Of a DNA stretch of 64,000 nucleotides, positions 60,767-64,000 are shown piece by piece (the stretch's first letter is position 1; the number at the start of each line of letters is the position of its first letter). Source of the stretch: Cyanophora paradoxa CCMP329 (Eukaryota > Plantae > Glaucophyta); assembly GCA_004431415.1 (NCBI GenBank), contig QPMI01000212.1, forward strand, positions 81,678-145,677, read 5' to 3'. Under the pieces are notes generated by a model that did no database searches, was not told where the DNA came from, and was given only the letters and a program-made list of their open reading frames with translations. The position numbers and the translations under genes are program-made.

Positions 60767-61702
60767 CGGGGGGGGGAAGGGGCGGGGGCACTGGGTCGGA
60801 GCGGGGCAGGCCGCACAGAATTCAGCATTGCCTTGCGGTAGGCGATAACTTTGGCGAAGGCTTCGGCGGCGCCATCGAGGCCTTCGGGACCCTCGGGGGG
60901 CACGAAGTAGCTCTTGGTCGCGTCGAACGAGAGCAACTTCTCGTACACTGCCTCCACCAGCCCCGGCACTACGCGCACGCGCGCCGAACCCCGCACGGCA
61001 TCATGGTCACGATCATCCACTAGTGCTGAGCGAGGCGTGGGGAAGCTGGGGCGGGTGGCGCGCACCGAGGGGCCCCAGGAGGGGTGCCGACGACTTGATG
61101 AGCGCGATGTCCTCCTCCGAGAACTGCGCATGGGCGGTAGGGGGCGGTGACCCGCGGCCGCCCGTCAGCCTTGCGCGCGCAAGGCTAGGGCCGCGCGCGA
61201 ACGCCAGACGCGGCGGGCACCCCCATGAACTCGCTCAGATACTGATAGCGATAAACCTACGCGCACAGCGGCCACCCGGGGTGAGAACAAAGTTCAGCGC
61301 AGGTCTAGATCATGATCAGCAGACCGAGTCGTCGCGCAGCGCCGCTTTGTCCACGTGAGTCGCAGCGCTAGCCGCAGCTGCAGTCGAAGCGATGATCTCT
61401 GGCACCGAAGCGCGCGCGAATGTGGTGGCAGCCGGCGCCACGTGCCGCGACGACAGGCCTTTAGCTAGGCATGCACCAAAGAATGCTCGCTTGGCATCGC
61501 GATCGATATCCAGCTGAGCCGGCGCCGATGCGGCGCGGTGCGTGATGCTGCGAGCTGACCTCGAGCTCCGCTGCTGCTGATCACGCGTACGCGTATGAAG
61601 GGAACCGTTGCGACCGCTTGCGATCGACTGCGCATGCAGCTGCAGGCTCCGGCAGTGCGACCCGAGCGAGCTCGTCGAGGCGAAGGACGCGGTGAAGGCC
61701 AT
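59831..61702 (-). CDS. Protoglobin-like single-domain globin with plastid transit peptide
   Basis: MAFTASF.. presequence; RYQYLSEFMGFSEED, VEAVYEKLLSFDATKSYF, RKAMLNSYLTKLVTADY, YIDRVGKVHT, VELVHVSALFGFV, RAFSKLLWIQSDFFTRWY. Confidence 0.82.
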
Positions 61703-62251
61703 CGTCTCCAGACGTCGACGTCGACCAGACCGTCTCTCCACGCTAAAGAGAGCAGTTGCAATTGCAACCGTGTTGAACTTGGCCGGCAAGTCGACGACTG
61801 CACGTACGCAGTGCAAATCCGCTGCGACTCCGGGATCCACGCGCGCTGCTAGATTTCTAGATCTTTATGATGTCGACGTCGCCGAGTCGATCTATAGATG
61901 CTGATGGCGACTCGCGCGCGGGCGCATGCAAGCCAGCGTGACAGCAGCTAGCCTAGTAGCTGCTCTGAATTCGAAGTGCTTTCCCGACCCTACGGGAAGC
62001 AGCCTTCAATGCAAACAGAAGGGCTCGCTTGCGCATGCTGTCAAGTTGCTGAAGGGAGGCGGCGACGTCACGCGATCGCGACCTGGCCGTTAACGTTTTC
62101 GCGAAGAGGCCTAGGGTTCGCATGCGCACACGAAAATCAAGCACGTGCGCGCTCGTGATCGCGGAGCCGGAAACGCGACATGTACACGCCAAGTTTCTGC
62201 AGAGCCGGCTGACAAGCGGAACAGTACCGATGATTCCGCCGTACTTCGCAT

Positions 62252-62342
62252 CCGTTCTTAGCTCAGTTGGTAGAGCGGAGGACTGTAGCGGTACCACGAT
62301 GTGGTCATCCTTAGGTCGCTGGTTCGATTCCGGCAGAACGGA
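62252..62342 (+). tRNA. trnY: tRNA-Tyr (GTA) with 18-nt intron at 37/38 (62289-62306)
   Basis: Acceptor stem CCGTTCT/AGAACGG, D arm TAGCTCAGTTGGTAGAGC, anticodon GTA 62285-62287, T arm GGTTCGATTCC, followed by T4 Pol III terminator. Confidence 0.95.
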
Positions 62343-62471
62343 TTTTCGCCAATTTTCGCCGTGCTTCGAGTCCCCGCAGGGCCTGTTCCTGTTGACTGAT
62401 CGATTTTTTTTGCCGGCCGTCGCGCGACGTCAGCTGCAGCTAGGCCTGCCGCAGTTCCAGATAGCTATAGC

Positions 62472-63762
62472 ATGCTCTCCGTCCGCCGCATCGCTCGCCT
62501 CAGCACCGGTACTCGGCCGCGCCCTTCACGCGCCGCCTGGACCAAGGTGCATGTGTGCAAGGACGTCCGACGGTCGACGTCGACGTCGACATTGCGCCCG
62601 CCTAGCCCTGCAGCTAGCTGCGCCAGGCTGCGCGGCGATTTCCAAACATTCGATCAATTCCGACATCGCAGGCATGCAGCGAGTCAGAAATCGCCGATAA
62701 TGCCCGCAAGGTCGTCAATTGAGGTCGCAGAGAAGGTGCTTGCGTGTGCTTGCGTCAGCAGTGCCGGCCGGCGTCTGGCCAGCCTCAAGCACTGTGGATT
62801 TGTAAATGCTCGCTATACTCTCTCACTAGTAGGCTTAATCCAGGGACAACGCGGCAACTTCTCCCCGTCGGACTCCGGGAGCGATATCGAGAGATTGAGA
62901 TATACCTGACGCGCGCGGGCCTGCGGCCGGCCGCAGGAAATCATTGTCGCTAAGCAGCAGGGCAAGCTGTACGCCTTCAATTCAAAGTGCGAATTCTTCG
63001 AATTCTTCGATCATGTCGCAAACGTGCACGGGCCAAGGTGGTGACAGGCGTGCCCGTGTCCCTGCGCAGATGTGCGGCCACTCGTCGGATGTCTGTTTTT
63101 ATGCTGCGCACGTTGCCGACGAAGTGCGCAGGCCCGCACTTGAACATGCCGCTGAACACGTCTCCGATTCGCGTCGAAGCGGGGACGTGTCTGGTCCGTC
63201 CTGCTTTCCGAGCACCGGGCGTTGCTCTAGCTCTCGCCCCCGTGCGCTAACTAATTCCCCACGGGCCAACTTGGCAACTTGCAACATGTACAGATCGAGT
63301 GCAAGTTCCACAAGTACGCGAGCGTGCACATCGCGATTGCGCTTCTATCCCAAAGCTATCCGAGCCACGCAAGCGCGAGCACAGGAGATGACTCGGTAAC
63401 GGGCGCTATATCTGTTCGTCGCGCAGGAGCAAGTTCGACTGCTCGAACGGTGATGTCCTCGTCTGGTCGGAGTCCGTCATGGTGCGGCACCCGCGCCTCG
63501 AGCTCGCTCGAGCTCTGCAGCTCGCCCCCCCTTCGAATTCAAACGACAAACCGCTCGTGCCCCGGCCACCGGCCACGTAGGGCATCCCCGGCACAAAGAT
63601 CGTCGGCTCCCTCCTGGGCAACATCAATAAGGGCAAGAAGCTCGTGCGTCAGCTTCGATCGCGCGCTGCACACTGTATAGTTCGACTGTGCCAGTGCGAT
63701 CCCCCTCTCAGGACACGTACACTGTCAAGGTAGAGGATGGCAGCATCCTCGTCGACATCTGA
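62472..63762 (+). CDS. Rieske-type [2Fe-2S] ferredoxin-like protein (cyanobacterial-type), apparent frameshift near 62717
   Basis: WTK/ACSESEIADNARKVV, EIIVAKQQGKLYAFNSKCPHLNMPL..IECKFHKSKFDCSNGDV..W..TYTVKVEDGSILVDI*; CxH..CxxH ligands. Confidence 0.8.
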
Positions 63763-64000
63763 GCACCTCGCCTCCGCCTCAGGCGCCCTAGCTCTTCAAA
63801 GTCCATGACTCAGTGACAGATGCGCGCGCACACTATGCGTCTCCCCAAGAGTAAGAGCGCGAGTAGTACTGCGTATACAACGAGGCGTAGTATATTGAAA
63901 CCCGCGGGATCGCGAGGGCGGGTCTGCTACACGTTCATGGGCACGGCGCGGGCAGCTCTTGCGGGGAGAGTAGCGGTCTATGAGGCCATAGCCGATCGCC

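Noticed and set aside
60725-60790. Long poly-G/C runs (also ~1430, ~9760, ~36230) read as poly-Pro/Gly coding or G-quadruplex elements
   Set aside because: They lie in introns or spacers, and homopolymer lengths are unreliable; no specific evidence of function
61953-62700. ORFs 62122..62700 and 61953..62297 as proteins
   Set aside because: They overlap the tRNA-Tyr gene and have no protein-like features
1-64000. Hundreds of long overlapping Arg/Pro/Gly/Ala-rich ORFs on both strands
   Set aside because: Expected from extreme GC content and stop-poor introns; they lack family motifs and are antisense or off-frame shadows of spliced genes

Overview
Eukaryotic, very GC-rich, gene-dense nuclear DNA with many short (~50-90 nt) GC-rich spliceosomal introns, so the supplied six-frame ORFs are mostly artefactual read-throughs. 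I built the gene models by hand from splice signals and protein motifs. Plastid transit peptides with Phe near the N-terminus (MAFV.., MAFT.., MSACF.., MEPAF..) together with flagellar genes point to a flagellated primary-plastid alga, most likely a glaucophyte such as Cyanophora (inference). There are about 24 protein genes: WD40 protein, XPC/Rad4, P-loop kinase-like protein, Kelch protein, TMEM107, TFB5, Mn-motif protein, PsbP-domain protein, SSX2IP/Msd1, HLIP-CAAD chimera, calpain, PSI-domain membrane protein, Omp85/Toc75 family protein, S8 subtilase, ARMC8, J-domain/FN3 protein, degenerate prenyltransferase, protoglobin, Rieske protein and several hypotheticals. There is also one intron-containing tRNA-Tyr. 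Highlights: (1) a plastid protein that joins an HLIP chlorophyll-binding helix to the CURT1/CAAD membrane-curvature C-terminus; (2) a TPR-J-domain-11xFN3 protein ending in a PCNA PIP box; (3) unusual splicing, with frequent GC donors, G(T/C)(G/C)CG 5' sites and 2-3 nt micro-exons, one of them between twin homologous introns; (4) an Omp85 protein with an internal bacterial-type signal peptide; (5) a plastid-targeted protoglobin. CDS coordinates span first to last exon. Internal exon boundaries and some starts are approximate.
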